Source: an uncultured Phycisphaeraceae bacterium (GTDB lineage: Bacteria > Planctomycetota > Phycisphaerae > UBA1845). From it: 60,014 bases of DNA. The position numbers and the translations under genes were made by a program. The DNA is taken from contig CAZJTP010000001.1 of assembly GCA_964548955.1 (NCBI GenBank), positions 74,285 through 134,298 of the forward strand. Reading direction: 5' to 3'. A model generated the notes under the pieces. It was not told the DNA's origin, did no database searches, and worked only from the letters and a program-made list of their open reading frames with translations. Shown piece by piece: positions 37,502 to 49,673 of the stretch. How positions within the stretch are numbered: the first letter of the stretch is position 1; each line of letters opens with the position of its first letter.

Positions 37502-38863
37502 ATGATCCCCCACAGACGGGCGAGCGTCGGCTCGCAATGCGCGGTTCTCGCAGAGAATCTGATGGTCGAATCGACCCCCAATCCCGAATCCCGCGAGGAC
37601 GGGTCTTCCAAAGACCGACCGCATGACGGATGCTCAGCCCACGGAAGCGGGGAGACGCTTGACGATGCCGAGAGCCCTAGCAACGGGATCGAGAAGGTCT
37701 TTCCGACCACTGCCGTCCGATTCGGCTACATGCGTTACATCGGGGAGTTCAGCCATCCGGTGGACATGAGGTTCACCTGCGGTACGAAACTCGTCATCCA
37801 GACGCAGCGGGGAATCGAACTGGGGGAGCAGGTCTCGTTGACCTGCACCGGAAGTGACAAGGCGGCCACACCACAACAGATCAAGGAATGGGTGGATCGC
37901 AGCGGTCCGGACGCCTACGTGTTTAACGCGGGGCGCATCCTGCGAGAGGCCACCGCCGCCGACCTGGCTGAGTTCGTGCGGATTCAGAACGGCTGCCGGG
38001 AGAAACGCGACCTTGCCCAGCAAGTCGCCGAGAAGCACAACCTCCCCCTGAAGGTTGTGGAGTGCGAATGCCCCTTGGGCGGGGAACGCATCATATTCTA
38101 CTTCACTGCAGCCGAACGCGTCGATTTCCGCGGCATGGTCAAGGACCTGGCGAAAGAGTATCGGACGCGGATCGAGATGCGGCAGATTGGCGCCCGCGAC
38201 GAGGCCCGGCTGCTCGCCGACTACGAAACTTGCGGGCGGGAAATCTGCTGCAAGGTCTTTCTCAAAACGCTCAAGCCGATCAGCATGCGCATGGCGAAGG
38301 TGCAAAAGGCCACGCTCGACCCGTCGCAAGTGTCCGGTCGATGTGGGCGGCTGAAGTGCTGCCTTCGTTTTGAGCACGCCGCTTATGAAGAGTTGGACAA
38401 GCGGCTTCCGCGCGTCGGCGTGCGTATCCGTACGAACCACGGGGAGGGTGTCGTTACCAATCGACAGATTCTGACCCAACTCGTTCAGATCCGCACCGAC
38501 AACAACACGCTGCTGACGGTTGTGATGGAGGACGTTACCGCCGTCGACGTGGAAGCGCCGGGTTCCCAAGACACAGCATCCGATCCCCTCCGTTTGGAGC
38601 AGGAATCGGCTGAGCAACCTGCCGGTGCGCTGACCGATCCGAAGAAGAAGCCCGCGTCTCCCAGGGCTGCCCGACCAACGCCCAAGGATCGAGCAAAGAG
38701 GACCAGGCCCGACCCGGAGCGTGCTGATTCTCCGAAGGCACCGCCCGGGAAGGAGAAGGACGGTGAGAGGCCGACCAGCCGGCGGCGCAAACGTCGTCGC
38801 CGGCCACGCGGTCGCCACGGGCCGGGAGGGTCCGGCGGAGGTTCATCACCATCGACTCGTTAG
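37502..38863 (+). CDS. PSP1 C-terminal domain protein (RicT/YaaT-like) with Arg/Pro-rich tail
   Basis: Block YFTAAERVDFRGMVKDLAKEYRTRIEMRQIGARDEARLL..CGREICCKVFL...GRCGRLKCCLRFE is the PSP1 domain. Start uncertain (alternative Met at 37562). Confidence 0.85.
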   Translation: MIPHRRASVGSQCAVLAENLMVESTPNPESREDGSSKDRPHDGCSAHGSGETLDDAESPSNGIEKVFPTTAVRFGYMRYIGEFSHPVDMRFTCGTKLVIQTQRGIELGEQVSLTCTGSDKAATPQQIKEWVDRSGPDAYVFNAGRILREATAADLAEFVRIQNGCREKRDLAQQVAEKHNLPLKVVECECPLGGERIIFYFTAAERVDFRGMVKDLAKEYRTRIEMRQIGARDEARLLADYETCGREICCKVFLKTLKPISMRMAKVQKATLDPSQVSGRCGRLKCCLRFEHAAYEELDKRLPRVGVRIRTNHGEGVVTNRQILTQLVQIRTDNNTLLTVVMEDVTAVDVEAPGSQDTASDPLRLEQESAEQPAGALTDPKKKPASPRAARPTPKDRAKRTRPDPERADSPKAPPGKEKDGERPTSRRRKRRRRPRGRHGPGGSGGGSSPSTR

Positions 38864-38905
38864 CGGTTGCCAAGGTAAGGGCAAACGATTGGTGGGATTA
38901 TCAAC

Positions 38906-39451
38906 ATGATTGCTGAGCCTGGCAAAACGCTCCAAGACTTGGTTGAACACGTGGGTCGCTATCCCGAGGAAGCCTTCGTGTTTACGCGGGAGGGGCTCAG
39001 TCACGCCGCCGATCATATTCACGGGCCGGAGACCGAGGCTCACCGGGCCCTGCAGCACTATCTCGCCGGGTATGATCTTGATTGGGACGACCTAATTGCC
39101 CGGTATCACAAAGGAGAGCTTCCGGAACCGGTTGTGCAGGCGATCGAGGCGGCCGGTGGATGCGAGAAGCTCAACCGTCATGTCGGCGGGCGTGAACTCT
39201 GCTGGGCGCTTAGGGACTACGCCCTGAAGCGATGGGGCATTCTCGCCCGCGTTGTTCTGGAGTCCTGGAACATTCGAAGCACCACCGATTTCGGTCGCAT
39301 CGTCTTCGGTTTCATTGACCTGGACCTCATGCGAAAGCAGGACGGAGACACGCTCGAGGACTTCAACGATGTGTACAGCTTCCACGAAGCCTTTGACGAG
39401 CCGTTCCGTGCCGGACTTCAAGACGGCGATCCAAACCCAACCGACGCGTGA
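38906..39451 (+). CDS. conserved hypothetical protein
   Basis: 181-aa ORF with good coding character. It may belong to the Planctomycetes/Verrucomicrobia-restricted Minf_1886-like family (recollection only). Confidence 0.6.
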   Translation: MIAEPGKTLQDLVEHVGRYPEEAFVFTREGLSHAADHIHGPETEAHRALQHYLAGYDLDWDDLIARYHKGELPEPVVQAIEAAGGCEKLNRHVGGRELCWALRDYALKRWGILARVVLESWNIRSTTDFGRIVFGFIDLDLMRKQDGDTLEDFNDVYSFHEAFDEPFRAGLQDGDPNPTDA

Positions 39452-39539
39452 AACACTTCTCTCTGCGCTACCGGCAGACCCCACGCGCCGTCCTTTTGTG
39501 TTATCCTAATAGCCGATTCGCTGGGCGCAAGATTGAAAG

Positions 39540-42227
<2,688 letters not shown>

Positions 42228-42248
42228 AACGACACTTGTCTGGGTGGT

Positions 42249-42272
42249 ATGGCCCACGCTTGCGTGGCCATG
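42249..42272. repeat. REP-like bulged palindrome (second copy of 101..125 element)
   Basis: atggcccacgcttgcgtggccatg lies in the 97-nt mutS-mntH spacer. Confidence 0.6.
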
Positions 42273-42324
42273 TTCTTGCCAATGTTTTACGCCCACCGGG
42301 GATCACCGTGGAGAAGTCAGTCGG

Positions 42325-43551
42325 ATGCGATGGTCTAAACGCTTCGGTCCCGGGTTGTTGGTCACGGCTGCTTTCATCGGGCCGGGGACGATCACCACGG
42401 CGACGGCCGCAGGGGCCGGGTTCGGTTTCGCCCTTCTTTGGGTGCTCCTGTTTGCCGTTATCGCGACGATCGTGCTTCAGGAGATGTCCGCCCGGCTCGG
42501 CCTGGTCACCCGCGAAGGAGTAGGCGAAGCGCTGCGAACCGCCTTTGGAAACCCGCTGCTTCGTACGCTTGTTGTAGTGCTGGTTGTAGCGGCGATTGCA
42601 GTGGGCAACGCGGCCTTTCAAACGGGCAACATCACCGGGGCGGCCATGGGTCTTGAGGCCCTGAGCGGCATTTCGCAACCCATCTGGGCGATCGTCGTCG
42701 GGGCGGCGGCGTTCGTGCTACTAGGCACCGGAACGTACCGGATCATCGAACGGCTGCTGATCGTCCTGGTGGCGGTCATGAGTGTCGTGTTCGTCCTGAC
42801 GGCCGTCATGGTCCGACCGAGCGTCGCCGAGATGGTCAAAGGCATGTTCGTGCCGCAAGTCCGCGAGGGATCGCTCACCACGGTCATCGCCCTGATCGGG
42901 ACCACGGTGGTGCCGTACAACCTGTTCCTGCACGCCAGTTCCGTCCGCGAGAAGTGGCCCGCATCAATGCCGCTGGTTCAGGCGCTGCGAGAGTCACGGA
43001 TCGATACGGTCATGGCAGTGGCACTTGGCGGATTGATCACGCTGGCCATCGTTGTGACAGCCGCCGCCTTCTTCGAGAAGGGAACCGTGATCGAGAACGC
43101 AGCCATGATGGCTGAGCAGCTTGAACCGCTGCTTGGACCGGCCGCCAAATACTTCTTTGCGTCCGGCCTTTTCGCAGCCGGTTTGACCAGCGCGATCACC
43201 GCCCCGCTGGCAGCCGCCTACGCCTGCACCGGGGCGCTGGGCTTTGAAGTAAATCTTCGGTCCTGGAAGTTTCGCACCGTCTGGGCGATCGTCCTGGTTG
43301 TCGGAGTGGTTTTCGCATTAGTCGGGTCAAGTCCGGTTGCAGCCATTATCTTCGCCCAAGCCGCCAACGGCCTTATCCTCCCGGTGATCGCCGTATTCCT
43401 GCTTATCGTGGTGAACCAAAGGCGACTCCTTGGCGAGCAGATCAACGGGGTGACGGCCAACCTGCTCGGCGGTCTGGTCGTGCTCATCGCAGCGGGACTG
43501 GGGGTCTACAAGCTGGCCGGCGTGCTTTCCCGGCTCCTTGGCGGCCCCTGA
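42325..43551 (+). CDS. mntH: Nramp-family divalent metal (Mn2+/Fe2+) transporter
   Basis: GPGLLVTAAFIGPGTITTATAAGAGFGFALLWVLLFA...QEMSARLGLVT is the Nramp signature region. 11-12 TM segments. The ORF extends to 42199, but the Met at 42325 fits. Confidence 0.9.
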   Translation: MRWSKRFGPGLLVTAAFIGPGTITTATAAGAGFGFALLWVLLFAVIATIVLQEMSARLGLVTREGVGEALRTAFGNPLLRTLVVVLVVAAIAVGNAAFQTGNITGAAMGLEALSGISQPIWAIVVGAAAFVLLGTGTYRIIERLLIVLVAVMSVVFVLTAVMVRPSVAEMVKGMFVPQVREGSLTTVIALIGTTVVPYNLFLHASSVREKWPASMPLVQALRESRIDTVMAVALGGLITLAIVVTAAAFFEKGTVIENAAMMAEQLEPLLGPAAKYFFASGLFAAGLTSAITAPLAAAYACTGALGFEVNLRSWKFRTVWAIVLVVGVVFALVGSSPVAAIIFAQAANGLILPVIAVFLLIVVNQRRLLGEQINGVTANLLGGLVVLIAAGLGVYKLAGVLSRLLGGP

Positions 43552-43801
43552 TTGGAATCACTGTGACACGACGGATGTGAAAGGTCTCATACGCGTCCCA
43601 TTAAAGAAGTGCGCTTTGTCGTCCGATGCCCGGCAGCCTGAGGCGACGTCTCGCCTGCTGCGTGCCCGCTCCTTGATAGTCGCGGTTCTGATCTGGAGCA
43701 CAGCTTATTGTTGGGATTCGTATCAGCCTCTTGTGCCGTACTGGCTCTCACAACGCACGTGTACGGACTGGAGATCCGTGCCATACCTGATCGAGAGGTT
43801 G

Positions 43802-45298
43802 CTACCCGATCCAGTAGCGCGCCAGGACTTTCTTTACGGCTTCGACCAGTTCCGTGCGGGGGACTGAGAACTGGGCCGGTTGCTCTTCGAGCCATTTCTT
43901 GCGGTCGGCGCCGACTTCCTTGGACAGCTCCTCACCGAGACGAAGGTCCTTGATCGACACCTCCTGTTTGTTCAGCTCGTCAGAGCCCACGACGACGCAG
44001 ACGGTCTTGCCGGAGGCGCTGGCGTATTTGAACTGCCGGCCGATGCCCTGGGTGCCGAGGTACAGCTCCGTGTTGACGCCGGCTGAGCGCAGTTCGGCTG
44101 CGATTCTCTGGTACTCACCGGTCAGGTTCTTGTCGAGTCGGGTTACGAGAACTGCCGCAGTCGTGTCATCCACGTCGATCTTGCCCAGCGTGCGAAGGGC
44201 CGCCAGCAGCCGATCGACGCCGATCGACGAGCCGGTCGCGGGGATCTTCTGCCCCGTGAACCGCTCGACGAGATCGTCATACCGCCCACCGCCGAAGACG
44301 CTGCTGAATTGTCGCGTCACGCCCTTGTCATCAACGATGTCGAAGGTGAGCACGGCCTCGAACACCGGCCCGGTGTAGTAGGCCAATCCGCGCACCACCG
44401 TCGGATCGATCACCACACGATCCTCGGCATAGCCGGCGCCCAATAGTGCCTCGTCAATTTCGCGCAGCTCGTCGACGCCCTCCCGGCCGACGCGGCTGTC
44501 ACCGACGACTTTGTCGAGCTCGTTGCAGACGGCGCTTCGGGAATCAGCCCTGACGCTCAGATATCGCAGCACCACGTCGATCTGCCCGGATGCAAGGCCG
44601 ACGCCGCGTGTGAAGTCGCCCGATTCGTCACGCCGGCCCGGGCCCAGCAGCTCCTTGACGCCGTCAAGTCCGACGCGGTCGAACTTGTCGATCGATCGGA
44701 GAATCTGCAGCGACGCCTCGGACGGAACTTCACCGCAGGCGGTCACATGCTCCAACACTCCGCTGAGGACCTTGCGGTCGTTCACATGAACAATGTAGTC
44801 GCCGCGACTGATTCCGAGGGCCTCCAGCGTGTCACACATGACCATGCAGCACTCGGCGTCCGCAAGCATCGACGCGGTGCCGACCGAGTCGAAATCGAAT
44901 TGGTAAAACTCGCGGAAGCGATCCGGGCCGGGCTTCTCCACGCGATAGACCGGGCCGACCTGATAACGCCGAAACGGCAGCGGCAGGTCCTGAAGGTTCA
45001 TGGCTACGAACCGCGACAGCGGTGCGGTCAGGTCGTAGCGCAGCGCGATCCACTCGTCATCCTCGTCGCGCATAGCGAAGATGCCGCCGTCGGGGCGATC
45101 CGCGTCCGGCAGGTACTTGCCAAGAACATCGACGTACTCCAGGGCCGGTGTCTCCAGCGGCACATATCCGTACCGCTCATAAACCTCGCGGATCCTGGCG
45201 ATCATCCGATCCCGCGCGAGAACGTCTGCTGCGGTGATGTCGCGGAATCCCTTAAGCCGCCGCGGAGTGATCCGGTCTGTCTTCCTGCCTTTGGCCAA
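43802..45298 (-). CDS. hisS: histidine-tRNA ligase, long (~500 aa) type
   Basis: Blocks LKGFRD, YGYVPLETPALEYVDVLGKYLPD, LRYDLTAPLSRFVA, YRVEKPGPDRFREFYQFDFD and GGGRYDDL, with an anticodon-binding C-domain. The longest ORF reaches 45376. TTG at 45298, preceded by GGAGAG, is a plausible start. Confidence 0.9.
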   Translation of the reverse strand: MAKGRKTDRITPRRLKGFRDITAADVLARDRMIARIREVYERYGYVPLETPALEYVDVLGKYLPDADRPDGGIFAMRDEDDEWIALRYDLTAPLSRFVAMNLQDLPLPFRRYQVGPVYRVEKPGPDRFREFYQFDFDSVGTASMLADAECCMVMCDTLEALGISRGDYIVHVNDRKVLSGVLEHVTACGEVPSEASLQILRSIDKFDRVGLDGVKELLGPGRRDESGDFTRGVGLASGQIDVVLRYLSVRADSRSAVCNELDKVVGDSRVGREGVDELREIDEALLGAGYAEDRVVIDPTVVRGLAYYTGPVFEAVLTFDIVDDKGVTRQFSSVFGGGRYDDLVERFTGQKIPATGSSIGVDRLLAALRTLGKIDVDDTTAAVLVTRLDKNLTGEYQRIAAELRSAGVNTELYLGTQGIGRQFKYASASGKTVCVVVGSDELNKQEVSIKDLRLGEELSKEVGADRKKWLEEQPAQFSVPRTELVEAVKKVLARYWIG

Positions 45299-45412
45299 GT
45301 GATACTCTCCGACGCAACACGAGGCTGGCTCCGTGTTTCGCAAATCGTGCGACAGTGATCGTGACCCAAGCCGCAAGACTTCCGAAACACGGCACTGAAG
45401 CGTGCGGTTCGC

Positions 45413-45937
45413 TTAACGTTTGGAGAACTGGAAACGTCGGCGCGCGCCGCGCTGGCCGTACTTCTTCCGTTCCACCCTGCGCGGATCGCGAGACAGCAGA
45501 TTCTGGTCGCGCAGCTTCGGCTCGTGGTCGGGATTGGCCTTGGCCAACGCCCGGGCAAGGCCCAGCACTACCGCGCCGGCCTGACCGCTGATCCCACCAC
45601 CACCGACGTTGACGAACACGTCCATCGATTTGGTCGTCTCGGTGACTTCCAGCGGCGTCAATACGGCCTGGCGATCCTTGTCCAGCTTGAAGAATGTGTT
45701 CACTTCACGCTTGTTGATGAGGAACTTCCCGTCGCCGGGGCGGATGCGCACGCGGGCTACGGCCGCCTTGCGACGACCCGTGCCCCAGTAATACGGGTCG
45801 GCGACTGCGGACTTCTTCCGGTCGGCGCTCGGTGCGGTCACGGGCGTAGCCGCTTGGGTCGACTCGGCCGGTGCAGGCTCGCCCGGCGCAGGTTCAGCCG
45901 GTGTCGCCTCGACGTTGGTGGTTGGCTCATCACTCAT
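45413..45937 (-). CDS. rpsI: 30S ribosomal protein S9 with ~45-aa Pro/Ala/Glu-rich N-terminal extension
   Basis: YWGTGRRKAAVARVRIRPG...GGGISGQAGAVVLGLARAL...RRFQFSKR. Confidence 0.95.
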   Translation of the reverse strand: MSDEPTTNVEATPAEPAPGEPAPAESTQAATPVTAPSADRKKSAVADPYYWGTGRRKAAVARVRIRPGDGKFLINKREVNTFFKLDKDRQAVLTPLEVTETTKSMDVFVNVGGGGISGQAGAVVLGLARALAKANPDHEPKLRDQNLLSRDPRRVERKKYGQRGARRRFQFSKR

Positions 45938-45965
45938 GCGTCAGCGTCTCCACAAAGCAGCATTG

Positions 45966-46409
45966 CTACAAGGGAAGAGGGGAAGGTTGTTGCGCCGCGT
46001 GCGGGTGCGTATCCGCCGCGTAGACTTTCAGCTTCTTGAGCATCCTGCGACCCAACGCATTCTTGGGCAGCATCCGCCGCACGGCCTCCCGAACAATCCG
46101 GTCCGGATGACGCTCCAACACCCGTTTGTAGGGGATCTCTTTGTACCCACCCGGATGGTACGAATAGCGGGCGTACGACATCGTGTCCGCCTTCCGGCCC
46201 GTCACGTGAACCTTATGAGCGTTGGTCACGACGACGAACTCGCCAGTATCCACGTGCGGCGTGTAGGTCGGCCTGTGCTTGCCCATCAGGATCAAGGCGA
46301 TCTTCGTTGCCAGCCGACCGAGGATCTGATCAGTTGCATCAACGACGTACCACTGCTGCTCGACCTCACCCGGCCTGGCCAGGAAGCTTCCTAACTTACG
46401 TCTGGACAT
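45966..46409 (-). CDS. rplM: 50S ribosomal protein L13
   Basis: QQWYVVDATDQILGRLATKIALILMGKHRPTYTPHVDTGEFVVVTNA. Lies upstream of rpsI, the conserved operon order. Confidence 0.95.
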   Translation of the reverse strand: MSRRKLGSFLARPGEVEQQWYVVDATDQILGRLATKIALILMGKHRPTYTPHVDTGEFVVVTNAHKVHVTGRKADTMSYARYSYHPGGYKEIPYKRVLERHPDRIVREAVRRMLPKNALGRRMLKKLKVYAADTHPHAAQQPSPLPL

Positions 46410-46883
46410 AGGTTTACGCTCGAAGCCATCAACATCGAACTACTAAGAAGCGACTACTGTACTAACATTTCACCGCCCGTCAAGGCCGCCTTTCTTCGTT
46501 TCGGATTGCCTGTGGAGGCGATCTTCTCGCGGCGGGTTTTGATGCCACACCTCAGCCTGAAGGGGCTGTCGGTTTAATCGAAACCGAACGCCGGAAAGAC
46601 CATAATCGATGGTCAGGGCTCTGTTTTCACTCTTGTCACCCGTTTGCCGCAGTCGCAATCGGACTAAATCGACAGCCCGAAGGGCTAAGCGACAACAGCC
46701 GTGGGCAAGTCCCGCTGCCTCATCCCCGCCCGACATCCCTTGTTTCCCAGCAGGTAAGTCGGGTCAGCAGACCCGACGCCAAACCAGTAAGTGCCGGCTT
46801 GCCCATGTCTTCAACGATCCCGCGTGGCCAAGCCCTGCCGGAGGCGACGGGCCATGGGTACAAGCCCGTCGTGTGGGTCGTGC

Positions 46884-46950
46884 TAGAAGCCCCCGAAGGG
46901 GGCGAAAGTCTATAGCCACGGGCGCAAGCCCGTGGTTTTAGGCGAAGCAC
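46884..46950. repeat. 67-bp two-hairpin REP element, copy 1
   Basis: tagaagcccccgaagggggcgaaagtctatagccacgggcgcaagcccgtggttttaggcgaagcac. Hairpins GCCCCC-gaa-GGGGGC and CCACGGGC-gcaa-GCCCGTGG. Identical copy at 47006..47072. Confidence 0.9.
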
Positions 46951-47005
46951 GGGTTCTTCAGGATCCAGACGCCCCGATCTGTTTCATTGACTGTGCAAGC
47001 ATCAA

Positions 47006-47072
47006 TAGAAGCCCCCGAAGGGGGCGAAAGTCTATAGCCACGGGCGCAAGCCCGTGGTTTTAGGCGAAGCAC
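47006..47072. repeat. 67-bp two-hairpin REP element, copy 2
   Basis: Base-for-base identical to 46884..46950, 122 bp downstream. Confidence 0.9.
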
Positions 47073-47141
47073 AGCCGATACAAGCCCTGGAGGGGCGACA
47101 GAACCGCTGTGACAACGAGATAGTCGTGCCGACCGTGTGTC

Positions 47142-47226
47142 GCCCCTCCGGGGCTCATTCGGGTCCGCCGCTCTTGTTCCACGGGCTTGCGCCCGTGGCT
47201 ACGCGCTTATGCCCCTTCCGGGGCAT
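47142..47226. repeat. degenerate inverted copy of the two-hairpin REP element
   Basis: CCACGGGC-ttgc-GCCCGTGG (the loop is the reverse complement of the direct copies) followed by GCCCC-ttcc-GGGGC. Further GCGCCAC..GTGGCGC hairpins lie at ~47300-47380. Confidence 0.7.
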
Positions 47227-47393
47227 TCCACCCGGGTGCTGAGTCTTCCAGGCGCGAGTGTCAACGAGCGGACACAGCGCGACGGTGAGCATCACCAACC
47301 GTGAGTCGTGTAGCGCCACCCCTCGCGGGTGGCGCCACAACCATACCATCGCGCCGTTGTGCGCCACGCACAAGGCGTGGCGCTACATTGCGT

Positions 47394-48728
47394 TCATGCA
47401 GCCGCTCGATGCGCAACGACGCGTCGACGGGCAAGCACCACCGTCCCCGCCGTTAGCACGAGCAAGGCCATCGTAACAAGGCCCCATTCGGAGACGGTGG
47501 GAATTGGACAGGCAGACCCGTGGCATACCGTCCCGTTTTCAAGGTAAACGCCGCCACTCTCCGAGCACAAATCTTGGGCGAGCTGGAGACACCCGACTGC
47601 TCCAAAACTGCCACAGCACGCTCCGCACTCGTCGGGAATGCCGTCGTTGTTGGTGTCGTCGCTCTCTCCGCAGCCGAGCACATCGCACGGGCCACCCGTG
47701 TCGCCGCATGAAATGTCGCATTCGTCGGGAATGCCGTTGCCGTTGCAGTCTTGCGCCAGGGCGACACGAAACCCGATGAAGGATTCGCCCTCGAACGGCG
47801 GAGGGCCGCCGTAGTAGCCGCGGAATGCCGCGTACAAGGGGTAGCCGTAGGGGTAGAACGACCCGCCGCGGAGACCACGAGACGCACCGTAAAACACGGC
47901 TTCGTTCCACTCCGAGACATTCCCTCCCTGGTCGAAACTGCCGTAAGGGCTGTCGGACGGCTTGGCGTCGTACGCGCCAACCTCGATCCTGTAGTACGGA
48001 GCGCCTATCACGTACCCATCCGGGGAGTAGTTCGCCGAGCCGTTCGTCATATCCGTACCCGCCGGAGCCTCCGCCGTCGGCGCCGCATCCGATTCCGTCG
48101 GGTAATCCCAGTAGTTGCCCGTCACACCATCGTTCTTGTGATACGCTGCCTTGTACCACTCGTCCTCGGATGGGACTACCCACGTGGCATCCGGCTCGCG
48201 AACAACCAGCAGTGTAGCTGTACCCGTCGCCCCGTTTAGGTAGTACGACCCATCCTCTGTCGTTGTCAGGTCCTGGGCACCCGTTGGCTGGCCGTTGTGT
48301 AGCCAGTTGCAGAACCGCGCAGCATCACCCCAGGAGACGTGGTTCACCGGGCGGTCGGCCCAGTCCGCACCCACTGAGTAGCTGTAATTGGGCGACGAGC
48401 CGGTGCGCTGAATGTTGCACCCGAACAACCCTTCAGAGGGGTTCGCCATCGAGGTGTTGTACAGCCCGTAGGTGTCCGTTGCTGCCACAGCATTGAGAAA
48501 CTCGGTGTACTGCCCGGCGGTCACCTCGTACTTGCCGATGTTGTAGACGTAGTCCACAGCCCCGCAGTCAGTACAGCAGGGACCGTGCCCACCCGCGCAT
48601 TCTCCGGACGACTCCCCGGTATTGCCCGGGTTGCCGACGGTTACCGTCTCGATGTCCACCGCTTGCGCTCCCGAAACGCAGGCCAACACCACCGCTGCCA
48701 CTGCCACTAATCTTGAAATGTTCCGCAT
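47394..48728 (-). CDS. formylglycine-generating-enzyme (FGE/SUMF1)-domain protein with Cys-rich NGIPDEC repeats and IPTL-CTERM-like tail
   Basis: Signal peptide MRNISRLVAVAAVVLACVSGAQA, with GGAGGA upstream of the ATG at 48728. FGE-like blocks YNIGKYEVTAGQYTEFLNAV, PVNHVSWGDAARFCNWL, RGLRGGSF and IGFRVA. Repeats NGNGIPDECD / NNDGIPDEC. C-terminus IPTVSEWGLVTMALLVLTAGTVVLARRR. The longest ORF reaches 49010. Confidence 0.8.
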   Translation of the reverse strand: MRNISRLVAVAAVVLACVSGAQAVDIETVTVGNPGNTGESSGECAGGHGPCCTDCGAVDYVYNIGKYEVTAGQYTEFLNAVAATDTYGLYNTSMANPSEGLFGCNIQRTGSSPNYSYSVGADWADRPVNHVSWGDAARFCNWLHNGQPTGAQDLTTTEDGSYYLNGATGTATLLVVREPDATWVVPSEDEWYKAAYHKNDGVTGNYWDYPTESDAAPTAEAPAGTDMTNGSANYSPDGYVIGAPYYRIEVGAYDAKPSDSPYGSFDQGGNVSEWNEAVFYGASRGLRGGSFYPYGYPLYAAFRGYYGGPPPFEGESFIGFRVALAQDCNGNGIPDECDISCGDTGGPCDVLGCGESDDTNNDGIPDECGACCGSFGAVGCLQLAQDLCSESGGVYLENGTVCHGSACPIPTVSEWGLVTMALLVLTAGTVVLARRRVVAHRAAA

Positions 48729-49040
48729 CGCACTATCCTCCTTACTGGGAAATGAAGAAGCCTTCGCTTCCAGGACGCCCGTCGCCTGTCCCGAGAGGGA
48801 CGGGCCGGGCATGGTCTCACGAACGATATCGGGGGTGGATACGCTTCCCCTTCGTCGCATCGCAGCGGCCGCGATTCTAACCGGATCCCGACCGCGAAAC
48901 CATATCCGGATTCCAACCCGCCTACCCGGGTGTGGCCATTCTCTGTGGCACATACGAATAATTCGTGTCTTTCCGTAGCGGCCGGCGTCCCCGCCGGCCG
49001 TCGTGCGCAATAACGCTTGCCGGGGAAACGGCCTGCGAGG

Positions 49041-49086
49041 ACGCAGGCCGCTACGGACGCAGGCCGCTACAGACGCAGGCCGCTAC
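49041..49086. repeat. three direct 14-bp repeats at 16-bp period (ACGCAGGCCGCTAC)
   Basis: Copies at 49041-49054, 49057-49070 and 49073-49086, in the 945-nt divergent spacer upstream of the cytochrome operon. Confidence 0.8.
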
Positions 49087-49673
49087 AATCTCAGGAGGGC
49101 GACATGACGACACAATGCCACAAAATATGGCAACGCCGCCTACCCTGCGGGCGGCAGCGGGGGCAATTGCCCCGTCGTCAGGTAGGTTCTCAGGTCATCG
49201 GCATTCGTTTCGGTCGGGCTGTGAGCCCGCAGACGCAGCGGGCGTCAGTTGAGCGAGCCGAGTGCCGTGGCCATGGCTGCGCTGATCGGCCGGCGGATCA
49301 ACCGGACCTGGGATGCGTTCCGGCGTTCCCGCCCGCTCCAAAGGACCGCCTAATCGCTATCTTTTCGGAATGCACCCCCGACTGCTCGCCAGGGTTATCG
49401 GGGCTTGAGGGAGCGTTTGTAACCTGTTATGATATCACAGCTTACGTCAATCATCGGACGAGTCACGGGGGGTGAAGGGGTTAACGCACCGGCATGGTCT
49501 GCGTAGGCAGCCAATAACGTGACTACGGGGCGTGTGTGGAGGGCCGACGTTGTGTCGTCGCCCGCCCGCTCCGGGTCGGAGCCATGAGAAATGGTGGCCG
49601 GGCCGTGCTAGCATTGGTACCGGTCGCGCAATTGCTACGACCAGGGACGATCGAGTTACGGAAGGAGTATGCC

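Noticed and set aside
37634-38818. 394-aa minus-strand ORF
   Set aside because: It is antisense to the PSP1-domain gene, with an Arg/Leu/Gly-rich shadow frame.
42228-42324. Mn-sensing (yybP-ykoY) riboswitch upstream of mntH, and an FMN riboswitch upstream of ribBA (29480-29594)
   Set aside because: The mntH spacer is only 97 nt and is mostly the REP palindrome. The ribBA upstream region is the pgsA remnant. I could not recognise conserved riboswitch cores in either.
46884-47072. Possible CRISPR array (identical 67-bp repeats)
   Set aside because: There are only two direct copies, the repeat is too long and is internally double-hairpinned, a third copy is inverted, and no cas genes are present. 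It fits REP/MITE-like elements instead.
49017-49475. 152-aa ORF upstream of the cytochrome operon (possible regulator)
   Set aside because: Its N-terminus is simply the translation of the 16-bp-period repeats (RPLQTQAATDAGRYRRRPLQ). It has no HTH or other motif and poor composition.
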